64,000 nucleotides of DNA from NCBI GenBank assembly GCA_020718085.1, contig DYDB01000005.1, forward strand, positions 4,109 to 68,108. Direction: 5' to 3'. Numbering within the stretch: position 1 is the stretch's first letter; every line of letters begins with the position of its first letter. The position numbers and the translations under genes were made by a program. The notes beneath the pieces are model-generated. The model was not told the origin of the DNA, ran no database searches, and was given only the letters and a program-made list of their open reading frames with translations. This document shows positions 39,157 through 49,993 of this stretch, piece by piece. The DNA is from Micavibrio sp. Lineage in GTDB: Bacteria; Patescibacteriota; Minisyncoccia; Moranbacterales; GCA-2747515.

Positions 39157-40308
39157 ATGACACAAGACACCGTCGCACAATTCGAAAAATTGGTCAACAA
39201 TAGCTCTCACATCCTTATACTGTTACCAGAAAGTCCAAAGCATGATCTTTTTTGCTCTGCTTTAGCTCTTTCCCATTTTTGCGAAAACAAAAATATTCGC
39301 ACAACGATCGCATTCTCCGACCCCTATGAGGATACACAGTCTCTCAATTTCCTTCCTCACCCGCAAAACACATCGATCACTCACTCAATTTCAGGTTCTC
39401 GCGACCTCATTCTTTCCTTCAATACAAAATACAACAAAATTCTTCACGTCCGCACAGAACCTCATGACGATCACCTTGAAATTCATATCACACCGGAACA
39501 TGGTATGGTTGACTCACGCGATTTTTCTTTTTTGCCTGGAAAATTTCCTTATGATCTAATCATTGCAATTGGGGCTGTGGAAAAGGAATCCATGGGTAAA
39601 ATTTATGATGATATGCCGGATGTTTTTTATGAAATTCCTATCATTAACATCGACAATAAAAGTGCAAACGAACAATATGGTCAGGTTAATATAATCAATG
39701 CTGTTGCATCTTCCGTTTCTGAGATCATTGGTGATCTTTTGGAAAAATTACATACGCAAAAAATCCCTCAAGCCTGTGCACAATGCCTCCTCACCGGCAT
39801 CATCAGCGAAACAAATAGTTTTCAAAATCACAACACCACACCACATGCACTCACTCTTGCGAGCCATTTAATTGAATTTGGCGCAGATCAACAGATCATC
39901 ATTCGAAATTTATACCGCAATCAGACATTCTCACTGTTACAACTTTGGGGACGCGCCATGAAGAATCTCACCACACTTCCTTGTCACAAAAAAATCGTCA
40001 TCACCACGATCTCTCAGCGTGATTTTGAACAGACAAAGGCGGAAAAACACCAACTGCATGCGATTTTGAAAAAAATGAAACAAAATTATCCTTCCGGTAA
40101 AATTTTTCTTCTTATTTACGAAACTGAAACGGCTAATTTTGCAGCGCTCATTGACACGAAAAATGCCAATTTTTCACTGGATGACACAAGTGAGATCGTT
40201 AAACTTGGTGATTACAATTATGAGCTCCCTCTTACGACATTGACAATTGATGATGCCCATCGCTACATCAATGAATTTTTTGTACCACACGCTCATCTAT
40301 TGGATTAG
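39157..40308 (+). CDS. DHH/NrnA-like protein with degenerate catalytic motifs
   Basis: IINIDNK in place of DHH, LLTGIISETNSF, QLWGRA. Confidence 0.75.
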   Translation: MTQDTVAQFEKLVNNSSHILILLPESPKHDLFCSALALSHFCENKNIRTTIAFSDPYEDTQSLNFLPHPQNTSITHSISGSRDLILSFNTKYNKILHVRTEPHDDHLEIHITPEHGMVDSRDFSFLPGKFPYDLIIAIGAVEKESMGKIYDDMPDVFYEIPIINIDNKSANEQYGQVNIINAVASSVSEIIGDLLEKLHTQKIPQACAQCLLTGIISETNSFQNHNTTPHALTLASHLIEFGADQQIIIRNLYRNQTFSLLQLWGRAMKNLTTLPCHKKIVITTISQRDFEQTKAEKHQLHAILKKMKQNYPSGKIFLLIYETETANFAALIDTKNANFSLDDTSEIVKLGDYNYELPLTTLTIDDAHRYINEFFVPHAHLLD

Positions 40309-40444
40309 AACTTTATTCTTTCACTTCTTATTAAAAACTGTTAGAATGACAGTGTTATGATGTGATACCACAATGACTGATCACTTTATTTTTTGATCTG
40401 CATATTGTGTGTTCCGCGTATTATAAAAATGAAAATCAAAACAT

Positions 40445-43400
40445 ATGGTCATCATCACGCATCCAAAGGAACCAGGTGAAAAATTACATGAACGAGAAAC
40501 CGAACGCACCTTGCAACAATTGCAGTCAAAGAGTCAGGAGGAGTTTGCATCTTACACAGCAAAGAGGCTTGGACTTCCTTATATTGATCTAAATATAACA
40601 CCTATTTCAAGCGATGATGTGGCAACCATCACAGAAGAGGATGCCAAAAAGAACCAAGTTGCAGTATTTCATAGTGCCGGAAAATATCTCAAACTTGGCA
40701 CACCACACCCAGAAAATACTGATTTGCATGCTTTTATAGAAAATTTAACAACTGTTAAGGGCTGGGATGTTGAATTGTTCGTAATTTCTCAAGATTCATT
40801 CGAAAAACTCTTACGTCAATACAAAAATTCATATTTCATCGACGCAATCGATACTATGCGATTGACACTGACAGGAAAAGATCTGGAGGAATTTGAAAAG
40901 GGACTTGGGCAATTATTGCGATTAAAAGACAATGTTGATGCACTTCCAACAACAGAGGTGCTCAACATTATTTTTTCTGGCGCTATTATGCTTCTTGCAA
41001 GCGATATTCATTTGGAACCGCAAAGAGAAATTGTGCATATGCGATATCGTATTGATGGTGTTCTGCAAAATGTCGTGTCCTTTCCTCATCACACACACAA
41101 ACTCTTGATCAATCGCATCAAGCTCATGAGCAAAATGAAAATTAACATACGCGATGAAGCGCAGGATGGACATTTTTCTTTTGCTCTGGATAACGAAACT
41201 CAAATTGATGTGCGTGTATCTACAATCCCCGGTAAAGAGTTTGAGGGTGTGGTAATGCGCTTGCTTCGCAGTGATAGCGTAACGGTTGATATCAACAGCC
41301 TAGGTCTTGCAGGCAAAGCTTTTGAAGATGTACAAAAGAACATTGCAAAAAATGCTGGTATGGTTCTCACGACCGGTCCGACAGGATCCGGCAAAACAAC
41401 CACCCTCTACACGCTCATTAATCACATCAAAACTGCGGAGACAAAAATTATTACGATCGAGGATCCAATTGAATATCAGATCGACGGCATTTCTCAAACG
41501 CAGATTTCCAAAGAACGTGGCTACACATTTGCACGAGGTCTCCGTGCGATCGTACGTCAAGATCCGGATGTGATTCTTGTGGGAGAAATTCGTGATGACG
41601 AGACTGCCGACGTTGCCGTCAATGCTGCACTCACAGGTCATCTCGTACTCTCCACATTACACACCAACAACGCGATCGCAACAATTCCTCGTCTCATGGA
41701 ATTAGGTGTCAAACCAACTCTTATTCCATCAGCTACGAACATTTTTATGGCACAGCGTCTTGTGCGCACGCTCTGTGAAAATTGCAAGGAAGAATATGTT
41801 CCTGCACAAGAAACCATTGAAATGTTCATGAAAATGGTCGCTCTCATTTCACCAAAAGCAAAATTAGAGGTGCCAAAACAGATCACAAAAATTCATCGTG
41901 CGGTTGGTTGTGAGAAATGTCATAACACAGGGTATAAAGGGCGTATAGGTATTTTTGAGGTTCTCGCCATGACAAATACCATCGAACAGTTGATCCTTGA
42001 TATGGCAAGTGAGACAGATGTTATGAAAGCAGCTCTTGAGGATGGCTTGGTTACTATGACACAAGATGGCGTGCTCAAAGCACTCAAAGGACAAACAACG
42101 ATCGAGGAGATCATGCGCGTCACCACAGAAGGTGAGTTGATCGAAAAGTTATATGAGGATCTCATGTCCCAATCACTTGCGCGTGGTATCTTCGTAAAAA
42201 ATGAAATTCAAAAACTCACAGCAGGAAATGCACAAAATTTTGATGCGATGAACACATTGATCAATGGCATGGAAGATAATGATGTGCTTCCGGCAATTCT
42301 CGCTTATGGATCAACACTCAAGTCCAGCGATATTCACATTGAACCTCAAGAGGACTTGGTGGACGTACGTATGCGTATTGATGGTGTTCTACAGTCCGTT
42401 GCGCACATGCCAATTATGAGCTACCCTCTTTTTCTCAGTAAAATCAAAGTGGTAAGCAATATTCCAACAACCATTCGCCAGGGAGTCTCCGATAGTCGAT
42501 TTCGCATTATGTATGAAAAAGATGATACCACAGAAAACCATGTGGATGTGCGTGTGTCGATCATCGTTGGTGGTTATGGTGAAACGGTTGTAATGCGTCT
42601 TCTCAACAGAGAAGCTGTGAACATCAATCTTCACACAATCGGTATTCGTGACTACAATCTTGACCGCATCATGTCTCAAGCACATAAACCCTATGGCATT
42701 ATTCTCAATACCGGTCCGACAGGATCCGGTAAAACAACCACACTTTATAGTGTATTGCGTGAGATCAACAGCCCTGACATTAAGATCATCACAATCGAAG
42801 ATCCGATTGAGTATCAATTAGATGGAATTTTGCAAACACAAATAGATAAAAAGGCCGGATACACATTTGCCTCTGCACTTCGTGCACTATTACGTCAAGA
42901 TCCGGACGTTATGCTCGTTGGTGAGATCCGTGATGAAGAAACCGCTGAAACAGCCGTTAATGCCGCTCTTACCGGACATCTCCTCATTTCTTCCCTTCAC
43001 ACCAACGACGCAGTAGGCGCCGTACAGCGCCTCATCCGACTTGGTATCGGCACTGATGACCTTACTACTGCTGTAAATGCTTTCATTGCACAACGTCTTG
43101 TACGCACACTGTGTGACTGCAAAAAAGATCGAACGCCCTCGGAAGAAGAAAAACAGATTATTGAAAAAACACTTGAAGGCATTTCTCCTCTTGTTAAAAT
43201 TCCACGTCCACAAACTGAGAAACTCTATATTCCCGGAGGATGCCCAAAGTGTAATGGAATTGGTTATAAAGGACGTACGGTCGTATCGGAGGTATTTATC
43301 ATGGATGATGATCTTCGTGGACTCATCGCTCATGGCGTACTTGTGTCCGAACTAAAAAACAAAGCCATTGAGAACGGCATGCTCACCATGGAGCAAGATG

Positions 43401-43465
43401 CTCTTCTCAAGGTTCTCGAAGGTGCAACAACATTGGAAGAGGCAAGGCGCGTCACAACATTATAA
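40445..43465 (+). CDS. GspE/PulE/PilB family ATPase with two tandem ATPase modules
   Basis: SDIH, GPTGSGKTTTLY, TIEDPIEY, RQDPDV..VGEIRD, HTN and Zn-binding Cys each occur twice. Confidence 0.92.
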   Translation: MVIITHPKEPGEKLHERETERTLQQLQSKSQEEFASYTAKRLGLPYIDLNITPISSDDVATITEEDAKKNQVAVFHSAGKYLKLGTPHPENTDLHAFIENLTTVKGWDVELFVISQDSFEKLLRQYKNSYFIDAIDTMRLTLTGKDLEEFEKGLGQLLRLKDNVDALPTTEVLNIIFSGAIMLLASDIHLEPQREIVHMRYRIDGVLQNVVSFPHHTHKLLINRIKLMSKMKINIRDEAQDGHFSFALDNETQIDVRVSTIPGKEFEGVVMRLLRSDSVTVDINSLGLAGKAFEDVQKNIAKNAGMVLTTGPTGSGKTTTLYTLINHIKTAETKIITIEDPIEYQIDGISQTQISKERGYTFARGLRAIVRQDPDVILVGEIRDDETADVAVNAALTGHLVLSTLHTNNAIATIPRLMELGVKPTLIPSATNIFMAQRLVRTLCENCKEEYVPAQETIEMFMKMVALISPKAKLEVPKQITKIHRAVGCEKCHNTGYKGRIGIFEVLAMTNTIEQLILDMASETDVMKAALEDGLVTMTQDGVLKALKGQTTIEEIMRVTTEGELIEKLYEDLMSQSLARGIFVKNEIQKLTAGNAQNFDAMNTLINGMEDNDVLPAILAYGSTLKSSDIHIEPQEDLVDVRMRIDGVLQSVAHMPIMSYPLFLSKIKVVSNIPTTIRQGVSDSRFRIMYEKDDTTENHVDVRVSIIVGGYGETVVMRLLNREAVNINLHTIGIRDYNLDRIMSQAHKPYGIILNTGPTGSGKTTTLYSVLREINSPDIKIITIEDPIEYQLDGILQTQIDKKAGYTFASALRALLRQDPDVMLVGEIRDEETAETAVNAALTGHLLISSLHTNDAVGAVQRLIRLGIGTDDLTTAVNAFIAQRLVRTLCDCKKDRTPSEEEKQIIEKTLEGISPLVKIPRPQTEKLYIPGGCPKCNGIGYKGRTVVSEVFIMDDDLRGLIAHGVLVSELKNKAIENGMLTMEQDALLKVLEGATTLEEARRVTTL

Positions 43466-43469
43466 AATC

Positions 43470-43503
43470 AAAAAACCGCTCACTGGATGTGAGCGGTTTT
43501 TTT
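43470..43503. terminator. Bidirectional terminator
   Basis: aaaaaaccgctcac-tggat-gtgagcggtttttt. Confidence 0.8.
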
Positions 43504-43743
43504 GTATTGTTGACATTTTTGTATCTGTAGACAGTTGCTACCTCCTTAGTTGAAACCGTAGGCAGCATACCCGCATGGTCAATGACTCATGCGGGGAGAA
43601 GAAGCGTCGAGGAGAGCCGCAGCCGAAACCACAAGAACCCGATCTGGACGAAACATCTTCCGTATGAGCTTAAAAGATAGAAAAGCCCATAGTTGTGCCT
43701 ACAGATACAAAAAAATCAACTTTTTAATGAATTCATCACAGGA
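43470..43743 (-). ncRNA. Candidate ~270-nt structured ncRNA
   Basis: TTGACA(43778)-17-TAGGAT promoter; 15-bp perfect closing stem 43516-43530 with 43699-43713; GC-rich inner hairpins; ends at terminator. Confidence 0.6.
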
Positions 43744-43849
43744 CTTACTATCCTAGCACACCTTTGAGTTATTGTCAATAGGTGCTACAATGTACTACGT
43801 AGACATGCACTTTTTCCTTTCACAGAAAGTTTTTTTATACAAAGACACT

Positions 43850-44878
43850 ATGACACTGATCACACATGAACATCACACTGAGATCGAAAATTCACCAGAA
43901 AACATTGACGCTCCTTCCGAGTTCACAATTGACTATACGTTGCGACCACAGCGTCTCTCTGACTACGTAGGGCAAGAAAAGATCAAGAAGCAACTCCGAA
44001 TTTTTCTCGATGCAGCCAAAAAACGCAAAGAGCCTCTTGAGCATATCCTCCTCTACGGACCTCCGGGATTAGGCAAAACCACTCTTGCCAACATCATTGC
44101 ACGCGAAATGAACGTCAATATCAAAACCACATCCGGACCGGCGATCGAGCGTGTGGGTGATCTTGGATCAATTCTTACAAATATGCAAGATGGGGACGTT
44201 CTCTTCATTGATGAAATTCATCGTCTCAATAAGGTGGTGGAAGAAGTCCTCTATCCTGCAATGGAAGATCACAAACTTGATCTCGTTGTAGGAAAAGGAC
44301 CTAGCGCTCAGGCTTTGCAAATAGATCTACCAAAATTCACGCTCATTGGTGCAACTACCCGCATGGGAAATCTCACAGGGCCCTTGCGTGATCGCTTTGG
44401 CGTTATTCATCGATTAGAATTTTACAATCAGGTAGATATTGAAAGTATCATATCCCGCAGCGCGTCAATTCTTACATGTGAAATTGATGAAGGTGGTGCA
44501 ACATGTCTTGCACGAGCCGCGCGTCAAACACCTCGCATTGCCAATCGCCTGCTCAAGCGCGCTCGTGATTGGGCAGATGTGCACGAACATGATCTGATCA
44601 ATGAACATGTTGCACATCAAGCACTTGCGATGTTAGACATTGATGAACACGGCCTAGAACCGACAGATCGTGAATTTTTACGTCTGATCATAGAAAAATT
44701 TGACGGTGGACCTGTTGGCATACAAACAATTGCCAACGCTCTCTCGGAAGAAGTGCAAACAATAGAGGATGTGTACGAGCCTTATCTTATGCAACGCGGA
44801 TTTCTTGCACGCTCACCTCGTGGACGGATCGTAACGGATCATGGCTATGCGCATATTAAAAAAAATAATTTGTTTTAA
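43850..44878 (+). CDS. ruvB: Holliday junction DNA helicase RuvB
   Basis: [35 protein letters not shown]. Confidence 0.97.
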   Translation: MTLITHEHHTEIENSPENIDAPSEFTIDYTLRPQRLSDYVGQEKIKKQLRIFLDAAKKRKEPLEHILLYGPPGLGKTTLANIIAREMNVNIKTTSGPAIERVGDLGSILTNMQDGDVLFIDEIHRLNKVVEEVLYPAMEDHKLDLVVGKGPSAQALQIDLPKFTLIGATTRMGNLTGPLRDRFGVIHRLEFYNQVDIESIISRSASILTCEIDEGGATCLARAARQTPRIANRLLKRARDWADVHEHDLINEHVAHQALAMLDIDEHGLEPTDREFLRLIIEKFDGGPVGIQTIANALSEEVQTIEDVYEPYLMQRGFLARSPRGRIVTDHGYAHIKKNNLF

Positions 44879-44889
44879 ATTTTATTATT

Positions 44890-45114
44890 ATGTTTCCCAT
44901 TCTCGCACTCGTATACATTGCATTTATTCTTCTGATCGTCATATCGAGTTTTTTTATTGTGACGCGCCTGCAAGAATATTCTATTAACCCGACATTTACT
45001 AAGCCGCTTATCATCATGTTTGTCATTGTCACGATCATTTTGATCATTGTAAATTTCTCTTTTTTTGTAGCAATTCCTTTTGATGAAATGTTCTATAGTG
45101 ATAATTTATATTAA
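44890..45114 (+). CDS. Small two-TM membrane protein
   Basis: 74 aa, hydrophobic, co-oriented in an operon. Confidence 0.65.
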   Translation: MFPILALVYIAFILLIVISSFFIVTRLQEYSINPTFTKPLIIMFVIVTIILIIVNFSFFVAIPFDEMFYSDNLY

Positions 45115-45119
45115 AAAAT

Positions 45120-45680
45120 ATGAGACCAATTGATTATTATTTTTCTTTACAAAGCGGCAACGAAAAGATCCTGCGCATCATTCATCGACACTGGTTCAAT
45201 ATTGTAATTCAGTTCATCCCAATTTTTGCGTTGCTTGGCATGATGTTTTTGAGCATTGTGCTATATCCATACATTTTTACCGAATTCATCGACGAAAGTG
45301 CCCGCATACTTTTTTATTTTTTGCAAACGTTTTTTGCTCTATTAATGTGGATATATGGTTTTATTATCTGGTTTGACTATTATCTCGACATTTGGATCAT
45401 GACCACCGAACGCGTTGTCAATGTTGAGCAGAAAGGACTTTTTTCACGCCAAGTGAGCGAGCTTAAGTATCGCATGATCCAAGATGTATCTACAGATGTG
45501 AAAGGATTCTTTCCGACAATACTCAATTTTGGTGATTTGACGGTTCAAACGGCGGCTGAACAATCGCGATTCATGTTTCGTTCTGTCGGCAATCCTTATC
45601 ACATCAAAGCAGAGATTATGGCGCAACAAAAGAAAAAGAGCATGGAAGGCGTTACTTCCGTAAAGTTTGATCAATCGTAA
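45120..45680 (+). CDS. Membrane protein with bacterial PH domain
   Basis: HRHW, TM pair, TTERVV..EQKGLF, IQDVS, NFGDLTVQTA. Confidence 0.8.
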   Translation: MRPIDYYFSLQSGNEKILRIIHRHWFNIVIQFIPIFALLGMMFLSIVLYPYIFTEFIDESARILFYFLQTFFALLMWIYGFIIWFDYYLDIWIMTTERVVNVEQKGLFSRQVSELKYRMIQDVSTDVKGFFPTILNFGDLTVQTAAEQSRFMFRSVGNPYHIKAEIMAQQKKKSMEGVTSVKFDQS

Positions 45681-45787
45681 AAACCACTTTGGGAAGACGA
45701 CTTTTGACATTTAAGATAGTTTTGTTAGAATAAAAAACTATATAAAAAGTACGAGAGCAGGGATCGCATCTCATAAAATCATATTTT

Positions 45788-48442
45788 ATGCGCACGATCG
45801 CTGTTTTTATATTAATATTCTCTCTTCTTTTTAAATTACAATTTGTTTGTGCAGAAAATAGCTCATCACCAGAAATTTTAAAAGATGCAGATGAAGAAGC
45901 AATAGAATCTCCATCAGAAATTGAAAATATATCAGACACAATAGAAGAAAACACATCTTTGCAACCACCTACGGAGGTCATTACAGCAGAAGATCCCAAA
46001 AAATCTATTGATGTGACAAATGGTGCTGAAACGACAATGGAACAACCTTCCGTTCAAGTAACCGAAGAACTCGTTGAGGCCCACACACAAGAAATGACTC
46101 CCTTACAAAGGATCGATCAAGATCCCTCATTAAAAATGCAGGAAAATAAGCAAAAGAAACCACTTGCACAATCCAAGGACATTTCTCTCAATGAAATTTT
46201 AGCTGATCCTGAATCCGGCAACGAATTTATCGAGATTCTAAACACAACAGACCGCCCCTTGAGTTTAGATGGGTGGTACTTATGTGACTTGTCTACATAT
46301 GATTCTGTAAATCAACAATGTGATAAAACAAGATCAAATACATATAAATTTTCACATACAAATATTGATTCGCATGCACTGATCACATTATATACAAAAA
46401 TACATATTAAATTTGGCCTCAATAATACGAGTGAAGAAATTTTCATTGAAGATGATTCTCAACACATCATTGATCATTATGCATATAAAACTTCTCACAA
46501 GGGCAAAAGCTGGAACAGCGATCCATTACAATGGTATGAAGAAACACCCACGCCAAATGCACAAAATATGCCAAATCCTCTCACAAAAGAATATCCCAAC
46601 ATTATCTTGAATGAAATTTTTCCACATCCCAAGGATAATCCAAATGATAATGAATTTATTGAAATATATAATCCCTTAAATGAAGATGTATCATTAGAGA
46701 ATTGGAAACTGATTGACGCCTCGCAATCAGGGTCATTTATATTTTCTTCTACGTCATTTACACCTTGCATCACAGATCCAGTCACGTGTTTTATTGTTCC
46801 CAAAAAAAGTTTTGTGACAGTGTACAGAAGTGACTTTGATTTTGCACTTAATGATAGTGGACCAGAAATAGTTTCTTTGGTCGCACCAAATAATAAAATT
46901 ATTTCCACCATGAGCTATGAAAACTCCGCGGAATCACTGTCACTCAATTTTTCCGCAAAGTGGTATCAGGCAGAGCCCACGCCCGGGAAAGAAAATGTTC
47001 CCGATCCACAAACACAAGCTTATCCCCAAATCCTACTCACAGAAATCCTTCCAAATCCGATTGGGGAAGAAAGTCTGAGAGAATACATCGAATTATATAA
47101 TCCTTTCGATGTGCCGGTTGATCTCAAAAACTGGACACTGCAAGATGCATCTGCTACCAGTCACCATGTCTTTTCGGACAATCTGTTCATCGCCCCATAT
47201 AGTTATCATGTGATCTATCGCGATGCGTTTATATTTGCACTAAATAACAACAAGGAAACTGTATCGCTTGTGGCGCCAAACAGTCAAATAATGAGCAAAA
47301 TATCTTATATCACGTCACGTGAAAACATTGCCTATAGTTATGATATATTAGATAAAAAATGGCGCTGGACCAAACATCTTACACCTGGCGCAAAAAATAT
47401 ATTTAACGACCTTCCTCAAATTTCACAAATTAACATCTCGCCCATCGCTTATAAAAACGTCTACACAAGTTTTACAGTCAGTGCAAAAGATCCAAACAAC
47501 GAACAACTTGCCGTTCGGTGGGATTTTGGCGATGACCACCGAAGTTATTTATGGAATACACGCCACAAGTATGTGTCCGAGGGCATCTATAACGGATCAC
47601 TACGCGTTCAAGATGAAAGCGAGGAGGTCATACACCACTTTACGGTTACTGTGCAAAAATATCCGAAATATGATCTCAAGATCAACAAGATCGCACCAAA
47701 TCCTTCCGGCAAAGATACTGGCGTGGAATATCTCATGATCCATAATCGCTCAAAGAAAGACATTGATCTGAATGGCTGGAGCATCGCAACAGGTTCAACA
47801 AAAAAGACACTTGTCAATCATCCTGTGAATCGCAAATTTACGATCAAAAAAGGCGGTTTGAAGATGATGACGCATAAATATGCCGCCATCACACTTCCCA
47901 ATAAAACTGGCGTCATTGAATTACGTCGACCGGATGGAACTGTAGCTGACCATATATCCTATGGTGATGCATCTCGATCAATTAAAAATGATGCATCTTT
48001 TGAATTGATTGATAATAAGTGGACATGGATCATTCCGGAAAACACTGCTAAAAAACAAGAAACACTTGCAATAATCATGCAAGCAATTGCAAACGAAGAT
48101 GCACTCTACCAACAAAAAAAAGAGCGTGAAATTGCATATGCTAAAATCCATGTTCCCAAAAATAATAATGCTTCCATGCATTTAGCTCATACAAGATATG
48201 CATTTTTGACATACTTATCAGAAGGGATAAATATTTTTCTTGCAAAGCATATTCCCTACATACAAAAAGAACTGATCGTTTTTTGGAAAGAACATACAAA
48301 AACAAAATGGGAACCTGCTGTTTATAAAATTGCCAATGCAAAAAGTCGTTGTTCAATCACACCTATTTTTGCACTGAATAATTCAAAATATGATTTTTGT
48401 GTAGAAAATAAATCAAACACTACTTTCATAAAAAATTTTTAG
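45788..48442 (+). CDS. Secreted protein with four lamin-tail domains and a PKD domain
   Basis: Repeated xNEI.P.P...EFIE.YN; WDFGD...HKY...G.Y. Confidence 0.85.
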   Translation: MRTIAVFILIFSLLFKLQFVCAENSSSPEILKDADEEAIESPSEIENISDTIEENTSLQPPTEVITAEDPKKSIDVTNGAETTMEQPSVQVTEELVEAHTQEMTPLQRIDQDPSLKMQENKQKKPLAQSKDISLNEILADPESGNEFIEILNTTDRPLSLDGWYLCDLSTYDSVNQQCDKTRSNTYKFSHTNIDSHALITLYTKIHIKFGLNNTSEEIFIEDDSQHIIDHYAYKTSHKGKSWNSDPLQWYEETPTPNAQNMPNPLTKEYPNIILNEIFPHPKDNPNDNEFIEIYNPLNEDVSLENWKLIDASQSGSFIFSSTSFTPCITDPVTCFIVPKKSFVTVYRSDFDFALNDSGPEIVSLVAPNNKIISTMSYENSAESLSLNFSAKWYQAEPTPGKENVPDPQTQAYPQILLTEILPNPIGEESLREYIELYNPFDVPVDLKNWTLQDASATSHHVFSDNLFIAPYSYHVIYRDAFIFALNNNKETVSLVAPNSQIMSKISYITSRENIAYSYDILDKKWRWTKHLTPGAKNIFNDLPQISQINISPIAYKNVYTSFTVSAKDPNNEQLAVRWDFGDDHRSYLWNTRHKYVSEGIYNGSLRVQDESEEVIHHFTVTVQKYPKYDLKINKIAPNPSGKDTGVEYLMIHNRSKKDIDLNGWSIATGSTKKTLVNHPVNRKFTIKKGGLKMMTHKYAAITLPNKTGVIELRRPDGTVADHISYGDASRSIKNDASFELIDNKWTWIIPENTAKKQETLAIIMQAIANEDALYQQKKEREIAYAKIHVPKNNNASMHLAHTRYAFLTYLSEGINIFLAKHIPYIQKELIVFWKEHTKTKWEPAVYKIANAKSRCSITPIFALNNSKYDFCVENKSNTTFIKNF

Positions 48443-48569
48443 AATATATTATTGCACTGTGTGCCTAACACTGGTCCCAGATGGACGGTATTAAAAAAAT
48501 ATGGTTGAATTGTGAGAGGTTGGAAAGAACATGTACCTTAACACACTTACTAACGGGGAGGATTGATCC

Positions 48570-49856
48570 ATGCACCAATTGACAGTGATTATTTGTGGCG
48601 CATTACTTGGTACGGCATTTTACTATTTGTGCATATATTTGCTTAAAGTAGAAAAAAATCGCACATTTGTACAAGAGAACAACTATCTACATCCAAATAG
48701 CATTTGCTACATACGTACCGTATTGGCATGGTGTGGATACATTGCGTACTTCTTTTATGGATGGCAGGCATGCGGTATCATCGTTTTTACATTTGCGGCA
48801 ATTCTTGACGGCGTTGACGGTCTTGTTGCGCGTCAATGCAATTTGATCACAAAAAAAGGCGAGTCTCTGGACCCGCTTTGTGACAAACTTACATACTTGC
48901 CGCCACTAATCAGTTTTGCATATGATGGTTTTTTGACCATCTGGCTCGTATGGTTGTTCGTTGCCCTGGAATTTTGTGGACAATTTTTTGCGCGCACATT
49001 GTTGGAAAAATTTGATCTTTCTGTATCAGCCAACAACTTTGGCAAGATCAAAACGATCATCAGCTTCATGCTTGTAATCCTTTGTGCACTTAGCGATGCA
49101 AACCCTCATTGGTTCAATATGAACGAAGAGATCTTGGTTTTATGCATACTTCTTGGCTGTGCATCTGTTGTTTTCAAATTTGTAAATCGATCGCTGTATG
49201 CAGATATTTTCTCAATCCTTAATATGATCAGTGGTGTTATCTCTATCATCCTGGCAGTATGTGGACACATCACATTTGCCGTACTTACAGTGGTAATCGG
49301 ACAACTGTTTCATTTGTTGGATGGATACGCCGCGAAAAAATTTGCCATCACGCGATTTAGTGATTCTCTTGATCATTTGGCAGACTTGATCAGCTTTGTT
49401 TTATGTCCATTGGTCATTGTGTCGGTTCGTTGTGGTGACATTGGTATACTACCGGCGTTTGTTTATCTATTATGTGCCGCATATCATGTTACCACACATA
49501 ATTCACACAATACTTCCACCGCTGTATTCACGGGTTTATCCCCAGCTGCTGGCACTATGTCAATTTTGGGCGCATGCTTGGCACTCAACACAACAGGCAT
49601 TGTTATTTTGACCATGCTCGTTTCCATATTGTTAGTAAGTCACATTCGTCTCATGTATTTTGGTGCAATGGTGCGTAAAAAAGCACCTCGACCCGTACTA
49701 TTCGTCGTGAGCGCAGCCATTTTGGTCATCCTTGCATATGTAGTAAAATCACAAGATGCCCAATCCCTTGGCTATTCCATGATCTTATGTACAACGATAT
49801 ATTTTGTGTGTAGTTTTTATTTGTCACGCACATATAAAAATATCGAGATGGCCTAA
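48570..49856 (+). CDS. CDP-alcohol phosphatidyltransferase, two-domain fusion (PgsA-like + PssA-like)
   Basis: DGVDGLVAR...GESLDPLCD and HLLDGYAAK...SLDHLAD; GGGGAGG SD. Confidence 0.85.
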   Translation: MHQLTVIICGALLGTAFYYLCIYLLKVEKNRTFVQENNYLHPNSICYIRTVLAWCGYIAYFFYGWQACGIIVFTFAAILDGVDGLVARQCNLITKKGESLDPLCDKLTYLPPLISFAYDGFLTIWLVWLFVALEFCGQFFARTLLEKFDLSVSANNFGKIKTIISFMLVILCALSDANPHWFNMNEEILVLCILLGCASVVFKFVNRSLYADIFSILNMISGVISIILAVCGHITFAVLTVVIGQLFHLLDGYAAKKFAITRFSDSLDHLADLISFVLCPLVIVSVRCGDIGILPAFVYLLCAAYHVTTHNSHNTSTAVFTGLSPAAGTMSILGACLALNTTGIVILTMLVSILLVSHIRLMYFGAMVRKKAPRPVLFVVSAAILVILAYVVKSQDAQSLGYSMILCTTIYFVCSFYLSRTYKNIEMA

Positions 49857-49875
49857 AGTTTCTCAACCTTTCCCC

Positions 49876-49910
49876 ATGCCCCCTATCACAATAATTGTGA
49901 TAGGGGGCAT
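49876..49910. terminator. Hairpin terminator
   Basis: atgccccctatcacaat.attgtgatagggggcat. Confidence 0.7.
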
Positions 49911-49993
49911 TTAAATAACCGTTGCCAAAAATGAAAAAAAATGTGAAGATATGCACATATCTTTCTTAAATTAAATTATTATCATTTTTCTCT

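Noticed and set aside
43509-43720. Retron msr-msd or hammerhead ribozyme
   Set aside because: Terminal inverted repeats and ggacgaaac are present, but there is no reverse transcriptase in the window and no CUGAUGA core
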